A DNA stretch of 64,000 nt from a bacterium. GTDB lineage: Bacteria > Zhuqueibacterota > Zhuqueibacteria > Residuimicrobiales > Krinioviventaceae. The notes under the pieces were generated by a model, which searched no databases, had not been told where the DNA came from, and saw only the letters and a program-made list of their open reading frames with translations. Every line of letters starts with the position of its first letter. Position 1 is the stretch's first letter. A program made the translations under genes and the position numbers. The stretch spans positions 1,536,001 through 1,600,000 of the forward strand of contig CAXXMD010000002.1 of the NCBI GenBank assembly GCA_963675755.2, written 5' to 3'. This document shows, in pieces, positions 1-10,128 of the stretch.

Positions 1-1163
1 AGAGGATTAGGATAGAAAAAGTGGGTGCCGTCAAGTGACAGACCTGCAAGCATTCCGTTATAAAGCGTCCGTTCAATCACATCGATATATTTTGCATTGC
101 CTGTCAGTTGAAACAGACGCTGGTTCCAGTAAATACTTCCTATTGCGGCACAAGTCTCGTTATATGCGGTTAAATTGGGAAGCTCGTAATTGTCGCCAAA
201 AGATTCTCCGCTGTGTCTGGCACCAATACCACCGGTAAGATACATTTTCTTGCCGACCATATTTTCCCAAAGCGCATTTACTGCTTTTAAATACTCTGAA
301 TCTCCATAGATAGCGGCAATATCGGTCATGCCCGCATACATGTACACAGCACGCACCGCATGGCCTACAACCTCATCCTGTTCTGTCACCGGCAGATGGT
401 CCTGGCTGTATGCTCCATACAAATCATGGGACAAAGAGTCGCCGCGCTGGTCCAGAAAATATTTTGCCAGCTCCAGATATTTCTCATCTTTACTGATCCG
501 ATAAAGTTTGATCAGGCCGGTCTCTACAATCTGGTGTCCCGGTGTTGCCTGCAATTTATCGGGACCGAAAACCTCTGTCAGCAGGTCCGCGTTTTTCAAA
601 GCAATATTTAAAAATACCGTATCCCCTGTTGCATAATAATTGGCAGCAGCCGCTTCAAACATGTGGCCGCTGTTGTACAGTTCGTGACTCGCACCCAGGT
701 GCTCCCAGCGCTCACCGGGATTCACCCATTTTGCAGGAGGATGATGAGGATCAATGGTTCGCCAGGTAGTCAGGTATCCATCTACTTCCTGTCCCACTTT
801 AATGATTGCAATAACCGAGTCGATATAGGCTTTGAGTTTCGGGTCAGGTGCGCTGATTAAAGAGTAAGAAGCACCTTCTATGATCTTGTAAAGATCGGTA
901 TCATCAAATGGCATTTTACCGCAGGTTTTACCTTCAAGTTCTCCGCCGGCAATGAGAAAATTGTCCATGCGGCCCTCGGTACTGCATTTATCAAACGCAT
1001 ATTGAATGGTCTTTTCCTGCACAGTTTTGATAATGGGCAGCCAGAATCCATCTATTAGCTCTACATTTTTTACATCCAAAGCAGAAATTGGATAATCGTG
1101 CAATTTTGTTCGTGTTCCGCAGCCTAAAAACAAAGCGATCAGTACAATCCATGCTTTCTTCAT
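1..1163 (-). CDS. Glycoside hydrolase family 127 (beta-L-arabinofuranosidase-like) lipoprotein, 3' end runs off window
   Basis: Not in ORF track; manual translation from ATG 1163 gives MKKAWIVLIALFLGC (lipobox) and GH127 motifs FDDTDLYKIIEGASY, GHAVRAVYMYAG, YITGGIG, YNETCAAIG, ERTLYNG. Confidence 0.88.
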   Translation of the reverse strand, partial: MKKAWIVLIALFLGCGTRTKLHDYPISALDVKNVELIDGFWLPIIKTVQEKTIQYAFDKCSTEGRMDNFLIAGGELEGKTCGKMPFDDTDLYKIIEGASYSLISAPDPKLKAYIDSVIAIIKVGQEVDGYLTTWRTIDPHHPPAKWVNPGERWEHLGASHELYNSGHMFEAAAANYYATGDTVFLNIALKNADLLTEVFGPDKLQATPGHQIVETGLIKLYRISKDEKYLELAKYFLDQRGDSLSHDLYGAYSQDHLPVTEQDEVVGHAVRAVYMYAGMTDIAAIYGDSEYLKAVNALWENMVGKKMYLTGGIGARHSGESFGDNYELPNLTAYNETCAAIGSIYWNQRLFQLTGNAKYIDVIERTLYNGMLAGLSLDGTHFFYPNP

Positions 1164-1356
1164 ATTTACCCTCTTAACCAAAGTCGTATTTAATTTCAAT
1201 GACGCATTTCTTAAACAGATTATTAAAACAGGAACAGGCACTGCATACCAAACGATTTATCAGAATGAATAATATAAAATAAGAAAATAAAACCCCTGAG
1301 CAAACAGAAAATAAGAAATACCGGAAAAATATTCCGGGTTCAACATCCCCACGTAT

Positions 1357-2439
1357 TTATTTAACTGATACAGGTTTGAGGAAAATGCTCTCTATAATTT
1401 CATCCAATTTTAAATCAGCAATATCCTGCCCCATTTCATCCAGTATTGCTTTATTATCGGACAATTGGATTTCCACAACGCTTTTTTCATCCATTACCAG
1501 AAACGTTTTCATGGGAAATCTTTTTTCCGAAACAATATTATTATTTTTGTCACGTATTATTACTTCCTGTAACAAACAAAATTCGATTAAAAAATGAAAA
1601 TCCTCAATAGTGTTATCTTTATCTTTTGTATCAGTAGGGACACAGGTCACCCAAAGGTTGTACTCTAAATCGCCGCCAGTATTGGCTTTAATTTTTTTTA
1701 CTGGTATCTTTAGGGATTGCAAGGGCGTAACATTTGTGAAAACCTGGTCATGTCCTATTGAGGGACTGTATTTTAAATCAAAATTCCATGGAATTTTGAC
1801 TAAATCAATATCACGAAAATACGATACAAAATCTTTAAACGGTTCATTTAATACGGACGCTGAAACAGACTCGAACCAGAACGAGTTGAATATGATCTTT
1901 TTATCATCCTGATATAACAGCAATTTCTCGCTACCGTCATCAATAAAATCCTTTAAAGGCGAACTATTTGCAACTTTTGCAAACTGCCGGGCAATCTGTT
2001 TTTTGTTCAGGGAGTAATAATCCAGTTTATACTGATTATCACTCTCGGGTATGTATGTAAACTGCTCAACATTAAAAATTATATCCCTGATTTTAAAATT
2101 CTCAATGTCCTCAAAAACCGGTGTAAATCCAATATTCCACCTTTTGTTAAAATACTGTCCGTTTCTTTTATAAGCTTTTTGAAGTTCTGCAATATCGTCA
2201 CTATTCAACCGTGTAAAACAAGCCCCGTTTGTACAATCCGAAACAATTTGATTATCATGGATCAACAGGACACAATAAGGGTCCATGTCTGCAATGCGGG
2301 TGTGCATCTTACCGATTCGGGTCAGTTGCTTTGATTGATAACTGTATTCATATTGCTCAATGCTTACAAATACATCCTGTGCATGAATACGAGAACAGAA
2401 CAAAAAGGATATAAATAAAATTAAAATCGGCTTATTCAT
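1357..2439 (-). CDS. Hypothetical secreted protein
   Basis: 360-aa ORF with signal peptide; overlaps the upstream anti-sigma-like gene. Confidence 0.7.
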   Translation of the reverse strand: MNKPILILFISFLFCSRIHAQDVFVSIEQYEYSYQSKQLTRIGKMHTRIADMDPYCVLLIHDNQIVSDCTNGACFTRLNSDDIAELQKAYKRNGQYFNKRWNIGFTPVFEDIENFKIRDIIFNVEQFTYIPESDNQYKLDYYSLNKKQIARQFAKVANSSPLKDFIDDGSEKLLLYQDDKKIIFNSFWFESVSASVLNEPFKDFVSYFRDIDLVKIPWNFDLKYSPSIGHDQVFTNVTPLQSLKIPVKKIKANTGGDLEYNLWVTCVPTDTKDKDNTIEDFHFLIEFCLLQEVIIRDKNNNIVSEKRFPMKTFLVMDEKSVVEIQLSDNKAILDEMGQDIADLKLDEIIESIFLKPVSVK

Positions 2440-2758
2440 CTGATGCTCCTTCTGATGAAATCCTGTCTTTATTAGTCAATTGTACAACCTGGGTTGGGGT
2501 AAATTCAGAAATTGTAATCCTTTCCGCTGTAACAATGAGGGTAGGAGTAAAATCCTGATTGATGGGTACTTGCTGAATTGAACAAACAAGCAGGATGATG
2601 ATCAAAATACCGGCTATTGCCAGTTTATATATGCTAACCGGATAATTATTCTGAAAGGGTATCTCAGAAATAAGTTTTCTTAACAGGGTTTCATCCGGCT
2701 CATGTTCAGATTCAAATACATGCTTTAACCTGTTATCAATATTTTTTTCCTTCTTCAT
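2432..2758 (-). CDS. Putative single-TM anti-sigma factor
   Basis: 108 aa, one TM helix, start overlaps the stop of the ECF sigma gene. Confidence 0.6.
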   Translation of the reverse strand: MKKEKNIDNRLKHVFESEHEPDETLLRKLISEIPFQNNYPVSIYKLAIAGILIIILLVCSIQQVPINQDFTPTLIVTAERITISEFTPTQVVQLTNKDRISSEGASDE

Positions 2759-3339
2759 TTCAACTCCTGCACATTTTTATTTTGACGCAGTTGTTCCAAA
2801 CCAGCATTTAAACGTGATTTCACTGTTCCATTGGGTATCTCAAGTATTGTAGCAATCTCTGATATGGACAGCTCGTGTTGGTAATGTAAAGTAATAACAA
2901 CCTTTAGTTTTTGTGGTAGTTGGTTAATTTGTTCAATTAAAAAAACAGATTCTATATCTGTCAAATAATCATTGTACTCTATGTATGAATCACTAAACTT
3001 TTCAAGTATCTGATCATCATTTAACAAGGTTTGTTTTCTTTGCCAGTCCAGAAATGTATTATAAGCAATTTTATAAGACCAAGTTGAAAACCTGGATTTT
3101 CCATTAAAGCCTTTAATATTTTGCCAAATTTTAATAAAGGTTTCCTGTGTTAGATCTTCTGCAGTTTGCTTGTGCTTGCAAAAACTCAAAATGATTGAAT
3201 AGACCTGTTTATAATTGGCCTTTATCAACTTTTCAGCTGCACTCCTATCATTCTGTTTTACAAGATAAATCAGAATTTTTTCATGAACAGGAATCAATTC
3301 ATATCCGCTTTTTATTATTAAGACGTAAAAATTATTCAA
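2755..3339 (-). CDS. ECF-type RNA polymerase sigma-70 factor (start may be a few codons downstream)
   Basis: AEDLTQETFIKIW, FSTWSYKIAYN, EIATILEIPNGTVKSRL region 2/4 motifs. Confidence 0.92.
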   Translation of the reverse strand: MNNFYVLIIKSGYELIPVHEKILIYLVKQNDRSAAEKLIKANYKQVYSIILSFCKHKQTAEDLTQETFIKIWQNIKGFNGKSRFSTWSYKIAYNTFLDWQRKQTLLNDDQILEKFSDSYIEYNDYLTDIESVFLIEQINQLPQKLKVVITLHYQHELSISEIATILEIPNGTVKSRLNAGLEQLRQNKNVQELK

Positions 3340-3620
3340 GGTGTTCGATTTTTAATACCCATATTATAATATTTATTTCACACAAATATTCAAATAGAAA
3401 AAACAAACATTTTTAATTCACTTCAATTTGAGCCTCAAAAAAACTATTGCGTTCAACTCAAATTATGCTTATAATCATTCACATGTTTTTTGACGCAAAA
3501 TGGTAAAAATGCCGCTATTAACAAAACATATAATACTCTCTGCAAACTATCATTGTAATTATAAATTCTGTTAATATCCGATTATGATCGGAACTGAATC
3601 CTGAACGGAAAGGACCAATA

Positions 3621-4355
3621 ATGCACGTTGTTGGAATCATCCCGGCCCGGTATGGCTCTTCCCGGTTTCCCGGTAAAATCATTGCTGACATTGCGGGAAA
3701 ATCCATGATCCAAAGGGTATATGAGCAATCTCAAAAATCAAAATTGTTAAATGATCTCTATGTTGCTGTAGATGATCAAAAAGTAATGGATGTGGTTGAA
3801 GGTTTTGGCGGTAAAGCAGTCATGACAGGAGCCCACCACCAATCCGGAACCGACCGCATTGCTGAAGTTATGGACAAGGTTGATTGTGATATTGTGGTCA
3901 ACATCCAGGGAGACCAGCCCCTGTTTGACGCACGTATGATAGATGAAGCCGTTGCCCCCATGCTTGAGAATCCCGAAATACAAATGTCCACATTAAAAGT
4001 AAAAATTGGTCAGGAAAGCTACAAGGACCCAGCGGTTGTCAAAGTGGTAACAGATCTTGACAACTTTGCATTATATTTTTCCCGTTCGCTGGTACCCTAT
4101 CCGCGTGAAGGACAGGATATAGATGTATTTGAACATGTGGGACTCTATGTTTATCGCAGAGATTTTATTCTAAACATAGCGAAGCTATCCCCCTCTCCTC
4201 TTGAAAAAATTGAAATGCTGGAGCAATTAAGGGTCCTTGAAAACGGACATAAAATTTATGTCGCAGAAACAACCTGTACCAAAGAATCCGGCATGAGTGT
4301 AGATACACCGCAAGATCTGGAAGCTGTTGTAAAAATCATCAACAATATGGAGTAA
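3621..4355 (+). CDS. kdsB: 3-deoxy-manno-octulosonate cytidylyltransferase (CMP-Kdo synthetase)
   Basis: IIPARYGSSRFPGK, HQSGTDR, NIQGDQP, ALYFSRS, LEQLRVLENG, SVDTPQDL. Confidence 0.93.
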   Translation: MHVVGIIPARYGSSRFPGKIIADIAGKSMIQRVYEQSQKSKLLNDLYVAVDDQKVMDVVEGFGGKAVMTGAHHQSGTDRIAEVMDKVDCDIVVNIQGDQPLFDARMIDEAVAPMLENPEIQMSTLKVKIGQESYKDPAVVKVVTDLDNFALYFSRSLVPYPREGQDIDVFEHVGLYVYRRDFILNIAKLSPSPLEKIEMLEQLRVLENGHKIYVAETTCTKESGMSVDTPQDLEAVVKIINNME

Positions 4356-4362
4356 TAATATT

Positions 4363-5553
4363 ATGGCTGTAAATCGATCCGTAATAGAAAACCTGTATAA
4401 CAGTCTTGATCCAACAGTTAAAAATCAGGTGGAACAAGCATTAAACAGTATCATTTCCGCAAAACAAAAAGACGGCAAAGTGGTTGTTGTTACAGGCAGC
4501 GGTCCCAATGTTCATGAAGGCATCACCACATTGATTGCAGAGCTTATACATAAAGGCATTATCGATGGTGTTACCACCAGTTCGGCAGTCATTGCGCATG
4601 AAATGGCCGGCGCCCTTGATCGCGTTAAACGTGTTGATGGTAAAAAGCTGGGTTTTAATCCCGCAATTCTGCCGCGTGGTGACATTTTTGAAGCAACTAT
4701 TCTGACAGATGAATGGACATCCATTCTTGAGCAGGAAATGCTGCTGGACAAAGAACTCATCAATAAAACTCTTGAAACGGATGGCCAAACCATTATTAAA
4801 GCCGCAGGTAATATGGCTTACCCCATGGGTTTACGGACCGAAAACCTTGCCAAAGAAATAATGATTATGGCCAAAAGTAAAGGTAAATCCTTTGAATTTA
4901 TTGCAGGTGCTGGTTCAGATCGCATGACCATGCTGGGTGCAGGATTTGAAAAAGGTGTACCGGTGCTGGTTACGCTTCCACAGCTAGTTGGTGGTGGTAT
5001 GGTAGGCCTGGCAATTGGTGACTCTATATCTATAATCGAACGTTCAACACAAATTTCAAGAATGATGGCCAGTGCAGATGTAATTATCGAATCGGCAGTG
5101 GCATTGACTCAGGAAATCCATGACGGCCCATTCGAAACCTATACCGGTCATGGAATCTGGGCACACTGGGAAGGTTACAAAACCTACAGTCTGGATGGAA
5201 AATCACTTATACGTATCGATACAGACCCCAATCTGCAAAAAGCCTGGGACTTTGAAAAAAATTCAAGCACTGTTCAGGAAGCCATAGATAAAGGATTACC
5301 TAAAACCAAGCTGATGGATATCCCCTTTAGAATGGAGATGTCTGGATTTGCAAGACTCGAAAAAAGCATTCCCGTAGTTGGTGATATTGGAGCGATTTGG
5401 CCTATTCTTGCCCTCAAGCTTGAACAGGCGCTCGGATTTGAACTCGATTTTATATCGTATCCCCAGCAGACTCCGGAAGGTCAGGAAATGCGCAACTGGA
5501 TTGTTGAAAATATTCAACCGCTTGACAAAAAGAAAATGATTAAAAACAGCTAA
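4363..5553 (+). CDS. Conserved hypothetical protein, probable deoxyhypusine-synthase-like NAD-binding fold
   Basis: 396 aa, 7 nt after kdsB; VVVTGSGPNVHEG...LIHKGIIDGVTTSSAVIAHE resembles the DHS-like N-terminus. Confidence 0.55.
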   Translation: MAVNRSVIENLYNSLDPTVKNQVEQALNSIISAKQKDGKVVVVTGSGPNVHEGITTLIAELIHKGIIDGVTTSSAVIAHEMAGALDRVKRVDGKKLGFNPAILPRGDIFEATILTDEWTSILEQEMLLDKELINKTLETDGQTIIKAAGNMAYPMGLRTENLAKEIMIMAKSKGKSFEFIAGAGSDRMTMLGAGFEKGVPVLVTLPQLVGGGMVGLAIGDSISIIERSTQISRMMASADVIIESAVALTQEIHDGPFETYTGHGIWAHWEGYKTYSLDGKSLIRIDTDPNLQKAWDFEKNSSTVQEAIDKGLPKTKLMDIPFRMEMSGFARLEKSIPVVGDIGAIWPILALKLEQALGFELDFISYPQQTPEGQEMRNWIVENIQPLDKKKMIKNS

Positions 5554-5616
5554 TATATAATCAAGGGTAAATGGTTAAATAGAGCATACAAGAATTTTTA
5601 ATTTCAGGAGATTACT

Positions 5617-7017
5617 ATGGAACCAACCAAAAATGTAAAGGACGACAAAGAACAGGTGAGTCGTCGTACCTTTATTAAAGGCGCTGCCGCGGCAACCGCT
5701 TTTACAATTGTTCCCCGTCATGTATTGGGCGGAACGGACGAGCTCTCTCCCAGTGACAAATTGAATGTCGCTTGTGTGGGTATTGGAGGTATGGGTAAAA
5801 ACAATACCAGACATGTTGCTACAACTGAAAACATTGTTGCGCTTTGTGATATAGACAAAGCTTATGCCGCTCCGGTTTGGGAACTCTATCCTAAAGCTAA
5901 ACAATATCACGACTACCGTGTAATGCTTGAAAAACAAAAAGATATTGATGCTGTTATTGTTGCGACTCCTGACCATACACATGCCTTTGTTGCGCTTGCA
6001 TGCATGGAAGAAGGCAAACACGTATATGTTCAAAAACCCATGACCCACTCGGTTTTCGAAGCCCGCAAGCTCACCGAAGCTGCCCGTAAATATGGTGTGG
6101 CTACCCAAATGGGTAACCAGGGTCACTCGAATGACGGCGCACGCATGCTTTGTGAATGGATTTGGGATGGCGCCATTGGCAACGTTCATACCGTTCACGC
6201 ATGGACCAACCGTCCGGTTTGGCCGCAGGGTATTGAAGTAGATCGTCCGTCTGAAACCCCACCCGTTCCTGAAACTTTAGACTGGGATATGTGGCTGGGA
6301 CCTGCCCCGTATCGTCCTTATCATCCAACTTATCTGCCTGAACGCTGGCGCGCGTGGTGGGATTTTGGTACCGGTTCTCTGGGAGATCTGGGCTGTCATA
6401 TTCTTGATCCGGTTTTCTGGGCATTGAAATTAAAATATCCTGAAAGTGTTGAAGGCAACATTTCAACTTATTGGGAAGGATTCTGGAAATATACCGAACC
6501 GAAAAACGAAACGTACCCACGCTCTACAATCGTACGTTACAAATTCCCTGAACGTGAAGGTATGCCGCCTGTTAAACTGACATGGTGGGACGGTGGTTTG
6601 ATGCCACCAAGACCTGATGAGCTGGAAGAGGGTCGCCGCATGGGTGACGAAGACGGTGGTTTGCTGATTATTGGTGACAAAGGCACCATTATGACCGGTT
6701 GCTATGGTAAAGGTGTTCGTTTGATCCCTGAAACCAAAATGCAGGAATACAAGAAACCTGAACCTACGTTGAAAAGAGTTCCGGGTGGAGAGTCCGGTCA
6801 CGAAGCAAACTGGGTTGCCGCATGTAAAGGCGGAGATCCAGCATGTTCTAATTTTGATTATTCCGGTCCGTTGACCGAGATGGTCCTTATGGGTAACCTG
6901 GCAGTACGTTTTCCGCAAAAACGCCTGTTGTGGGACGGTCCCAATATGAAAGTGACCAACGACGAAACTGCAAACGCCTATGTACAACGCGAATACCGCG
7001 ATGGATGGGTTTTATAA
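5617..7017 (+). CDS. Tat-exported Gfo/Idh/MocA family oxidoreductase
   Basis: SRRTFIK twin-arginine signal, GIGGMG, VATPDHTH, QKP, GDLGCH. Confidence 0.92.
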   Translation: MEPTKNVKDDKEQVSRRTFIKGAAAATAFTIVPRHVLGGTDELSPSDKLNVACVGIGGMGKNNTRHVATTENIVALCDIDKAYAAPVWELYPKAKQYHDYRVMLEKQKDIDAVIVATPDHTHAFVALACMEEGKHVYVQKPMTHSVFEARKLTEAARKYGVATQMGNQGHSNDGARMLCEWIWDGAIGNVHTVHAWTNRPVWPQGIEVDRPSETPPVPETLDWDMWLGPAPYRPYHPTYLPERWRAWWDFGTGSLGDLGCHILDPVFWALKLKYPESVEGNISTYWEGFWKYTEPKNETYPRSTIVRYKFPEREGMPPVKLTWWDGGLMPPRPDELEEGRRMGDEDGGLLIIGDKGTIMTGCYGKGVRLIPETKMQEYKKPEPTLKRVPGGESGHEANWVAACKGGDPACSNFDYSGPLTEMVLMGNLAVRFPQKRLLWDGPNMKVTNDETANAYVQREYRDGWVL

Positions 7018-7027
7018 GAAAACAGTT

Positions 7028-7059
7028 AACCCGGAAGGTTTTGATCTTCCGGGTTTTTT
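7028..7059 (+). terminator. Rho-independent terminator
   Basis: AACCCGGAAG-loop-CTTCCGGGTT followed by a T tract, just after the oxidoreductase stop. Confidence 0.85.
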
Positions 7060-7079
7060 ATTATTTAAATCCCTCTATT

Positions 7080-7728
7080 CTATTTTGAAATATCCGGTAT
7101 ACTATCAGCTTTAGCGTAGGGATATTCGGCAATCATTTTTACCTCATGATACATATCCAACCCCGATGCACAAACATCATCCACAGCATTTAATTGCAAA
7201 CGGCCATCATCCATTAATGCAGATTTTTGGACATATACATGTTCAACCTGTCCAATGATCAATTTGGTATCATTTAATGTAATAGGGATTTCCTGTACAA
7301 ACCGCAATCCCATCTTGATCTTACTTTCAGCAACAAAAGGCGCTTTGAATCCCTCCTGCATTTCCATCGTCAAACCACATGCCTCGAACTCTGATACATC
7401 CGCAGCAAATTTTGCCGATGTATAATGGGCATTTTCCACAAAATCCTTGTGTACATGGTTCAAGGTGTATACACCGGTTTGTATAATATTATGGTAGGTA
7501 TGGCTGAAATCTTTTAAAATGGGTCTCTGAATAAATCCAATATAAGGCGGATTCGCGCCTATATGAACAATATTTTCAAATACCGCAAGGTTCGGGAACA
7601 TTGTCATCAGAAAGGGTACCAATCAACATGACCGGTTTGTATCCGGATAAAGTATTGATAAGATTGGTACGGTAAAACCTGTCCATGGATTCAATATCTT
7701 GACCGGAAAAATATGTCAAATTTCCCAT
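7080..7728 (-). pseudogene. Flavin reductase-like protein with a 1-nt frameshift (or sequencing error)
   Basis: ATG 7728 with AAGGAG RBS reads MGNLTYFSGQDIESMDRFYRTNLINTLSGYKPVMLIGTLSDDNVP, then continues in another frame as NLAVFENIVHIGANPP; extra base near 7593-7596. Confidence 0.75.
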
Positions 7729-7744
7729 ATTAAACTCCTTTTTT

Positions 7745-7843
7745 CTACCTTCTTTACTGCATCAAAGCAGAATTAACTGCTTCTTGAACGCGTCGTCTCG
7801 GTTTGCGGATATAGATTAATCCATGTCCTGGCAGCATTATGTC
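7745..7843 (-). pseudogene. 3' remnant of a second MBL-fold hydrolase gene
   Basis: Translates DIMLPGHGLIYIRKPRRRVQEAVNSALMQ*RR*, colinear with 8705-8803 (DMMLPGHGLIYFHKPRRRVEEAFNSALMQWRG*). Confidence 0.8.
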
Positions 7844-7892
7844 ATTCCCTTCGGGATCTGTTTTCATGAATTATAATAGATTTCCATACAAA

Positions 7893-8672
7893 CTAGAATA
7901 GTAAATTTACCTGCCCTCCGTCAATCACTATACTTTGCCCGGTGATATATCCCGCATATTGAGAACATAAAAACGCACACAATGCCCCAAATTCATTTAT
8001 CGTTCCCAATCGTTTCATTGGAGTTTTGTCTGCGTATAATTTCAAAGCCTGGTCAGCTGTTATATCAGATATTCCGCTTGTTTTTACAGCATACTGACGA
8101 ATTCTGTCTGTATCAAAAGGTCCCGGTAAAATACTGTTTACAGTAACACCAGATGAACTGTTTTCACGGGCCAGAGTACCCAATGCCCCTAATAATCCTG
8201 GTTTTAAACTATTGGCAAGCGTTGTACCGGGTGTTATTTCTTTGGCAGATGTTGAACTGATATTTACTATCCTCCCAAATCTCTGATTGACCATATCAGG
8301 CATACAATATTTCACCATATCAATAGCCGAAAGCATTACCAATTCAAAAGCTTTTTGCCAGTCATTAGCATTTTTTGATGTAAATGCCCCGGCAGAAGGA
8401 CCGTCAGCATTTGTAACCAGGATTGAAATGGGACCCAAATATTCACGAGCTTGTTCATAAAGCCTTTTTCTTTCATCAGGATTAGAAATATCAGCCTGTA
8501 TAAAATAAGCTTTTCCATCGAGTTTTTCTACCGCTTTCATGCCCCGATCAGTATTACGCCCATTAATAACAACATTGACTCCTTCAGCAGCCAATGCCTG
8601 TGCACAACCAAATCCCAAACCGTTTGTGCTAGACATCAGAAGCGCAGTTTTACCATTCAATCCTAAATCCAT
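7893..8672 (-). CDS. SDR family oxidoreductase
   Basis: MDLGLNGKTAL..SSTNGLG, GRIVNISS, VNSILPG, YITGQSIVIDGG. Confidence 0.9.
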   Translation of the reverse strand: MDLGLNGKTALLMSSTNGLGFGCAQALAAEGVNVVINGRNTDRGMKAVEKLDGKAYFIQADISNPDERKRLYEQAREYLGPISILVTNADGPSAGAFTSKNANDWQKAFELVMLSAIDMVKYCMPDMVNQRFGRIVNISSTSAKEITPGTTLANSLKPGLLGALGTLARENSSSGVTVNSILPGPFDTDRIRQYAVKTSGISDITADQALKLYADKTPMKRLGTINEFGALCAFLCSQYAGYITGQSIVIDGGQVNLLF

Positions 8673-8704
8673 TTCGTTCTCTCGCTTATTTCAAAATTTA
8701 AAAT

Positions 8705-9424
8705 TTATCCCCGCCATTGCATCAATGCGGAATTAAAAGCTTCTTCAACTCGTCTGCGTGGTTTATGAAAATAGATCAATCCATGTCCAGGCAGCATCAT
8801 GTCCGTATCAATTTTAGCAAAACGCTGCAAAGAATTCATATAAATACTACGATCAAAATCAATAGAACCGCTCCAGCCAAAATCACCAGCCAGCAAGGTT
8901 CCTATTACGTCTCCACTGATGACAATAGATTTGCCTTCATATTTAAAAAAGAAAATCGTGCATCCCATACTGTGTCCGGGTAAATGCATTGCTTTGAAAT
9001 CAATTCCCATTAGGTTGAATATTTCACCATCAGATACAATTTTATCGACAGTGAACGATGTAAAGGTTTTATGATACAAATAAGGACAACACCGTTCATC
9101 TCCGGCAGAAACAGCTTCCGCTGTTTCCTGACTGGATATAATAGAGACTCCCATCTGTTTCAATAGATATCCGGCTCCTGTATGATCCATGTGTGGATGC
9201 GTTAAAATACAATAGCGGATGGCTTTGGGATCAAGATCCCAATAACGCATATTATCAAAAATCTGCTCAAGGGTATCGCCGCAACCGCAATCCACAAGAA
9301 TCAGACCCTCGGGACGTTCAATTATATAAGTATTACAATCATTATATGCTTCTACATCAACTCCATCCCAGGTTACTCCGTTTAAATCTCCCCCAACCTG
9401 ATATAATTTCTTTAATATCTGCAT
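8705..9424 (-). CDS. MBL-fold metallo-hydrolase
   Basis: THPHMDH, PGHS, SGD, LPGHG motifs. Confidence 0.9.
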   Translation of the reverse strand: MQILKKLYQVGGDLNGVTWDGVDVEAYNDCNTYIIERPEGLILVDCGCGDTLEQIFDNMRYWDLDPKAIRYCILTHPHMDHTGAGYLLKQMGVSIISSQETAEAVSAGDERCCPYLYHKTFTSFTVDKIVSDGEIFNLMGIDFKAMHLPGHSMGCTIFFFKYEGKSIVISGDVIGTLLAGDFGWSGSIDFDRSIYMNSLQRFAKIDTDMMLPGHGLIYFHKPRRRVEEAFNSALMQWRG

Positions 9425-9540
9425 ATTCAGCTCCTGTTAATATTTTTAGAAAATAAGAGTTTTACAGCAGAGAGTCAAAGGGATTTTAAAATGGAATATG
9501 AGTCGAGTATGTAGAATAAGGGGATAATTGTGGATTTTAT

Positions 9541-9583
9541 AAAAAAAAGGGTTTTACCCGGTTGTATTCCGGATAAAGCCCTT
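9541..9583 (-). terminator. Rho-independent terminator
   Basis: Minus strand AAGGGCTTTATCCGG-loop-CCGGGTAAAACCCTT plus T tract, downstream of the 9634 gene. Confidence 0.75.
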
Positions 9584-9633
9584 GAAATATTTTCAAACCG
9601 AATATAAAAATATCTGGGTAGATTTTATCAGTA

Positions 9634-10128
9634 TTAATTGATAGGAGAATAACTTTCAAAAATTCTACTCATAATCTCTTCATTATCATCAAACTTGTTG
9701 AGTTCAGTAAAGAGATAGGTGATATAATTATTTTCATCATAAGTTGCAGCCAAAATGATAATCGCAACGCGGGTATGTTCAATAACAGAAGTACCATAAC
9801 CGTACCAAATATCCATACCATTATGTTCACCTTCTTCAGCTTCACCATCAATGGCAATATCAAGGCTTTCAACAGCCTGATCAAACAAACCTTCGGTGGT
9901 GATATTTACATCTTTGTATGCCATTGTCATAAAAACAATCTCACCATCGGGATCACTAGCCATCAAGCTGGGAACATCCTCATCATTATCAATTTCAACT
10001 TCCCAATTGGAGGGAATGTCGAACTGAATATTAAATTCATCGGCTGTGTAGGTAACCCAGTTAAAAGCACCAAATAATAAGCTGGCAGACAATAATATAA
10101 CGCCAAGTATGGTTATTCTTGTTTTCAT
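9634..10128 (-). CDS. Hypothetical secreted acidic protein (PsbP/DcrB-like fold possible)
   Basis: ATG 10128 after AAGGAG; signal peptide; F-x-I-x-x-P-x-x-W motif. Confidence 0.65.
   Translation of the reverse strand: MKTRITILGVILLSASLLFGAFNWVTYTADEFNIQFDIPSNWEVEIDNDEDVPSLMASDPDGEIVFMTMAYKDVNITTEGLFDQAVESLDIAIDGEAEEGEHNGMDIWYGYGTSVIEHTRVAIIILAATYDENNYITYLFTELNKFDDNEEIMSRIFESYSPIN

Noticed and set aside
35-860. Four short plus-strand ORFs in the track
   Set aside because: They are antisense shadows of the GH127 gene on the minus strand.
7585-7605. Programmed ribosomal frameshift in the flavin reductase
   Set aside because: No recognisable slippery heptamer or stimulatory structure; mutation or sequencing error is simpler.
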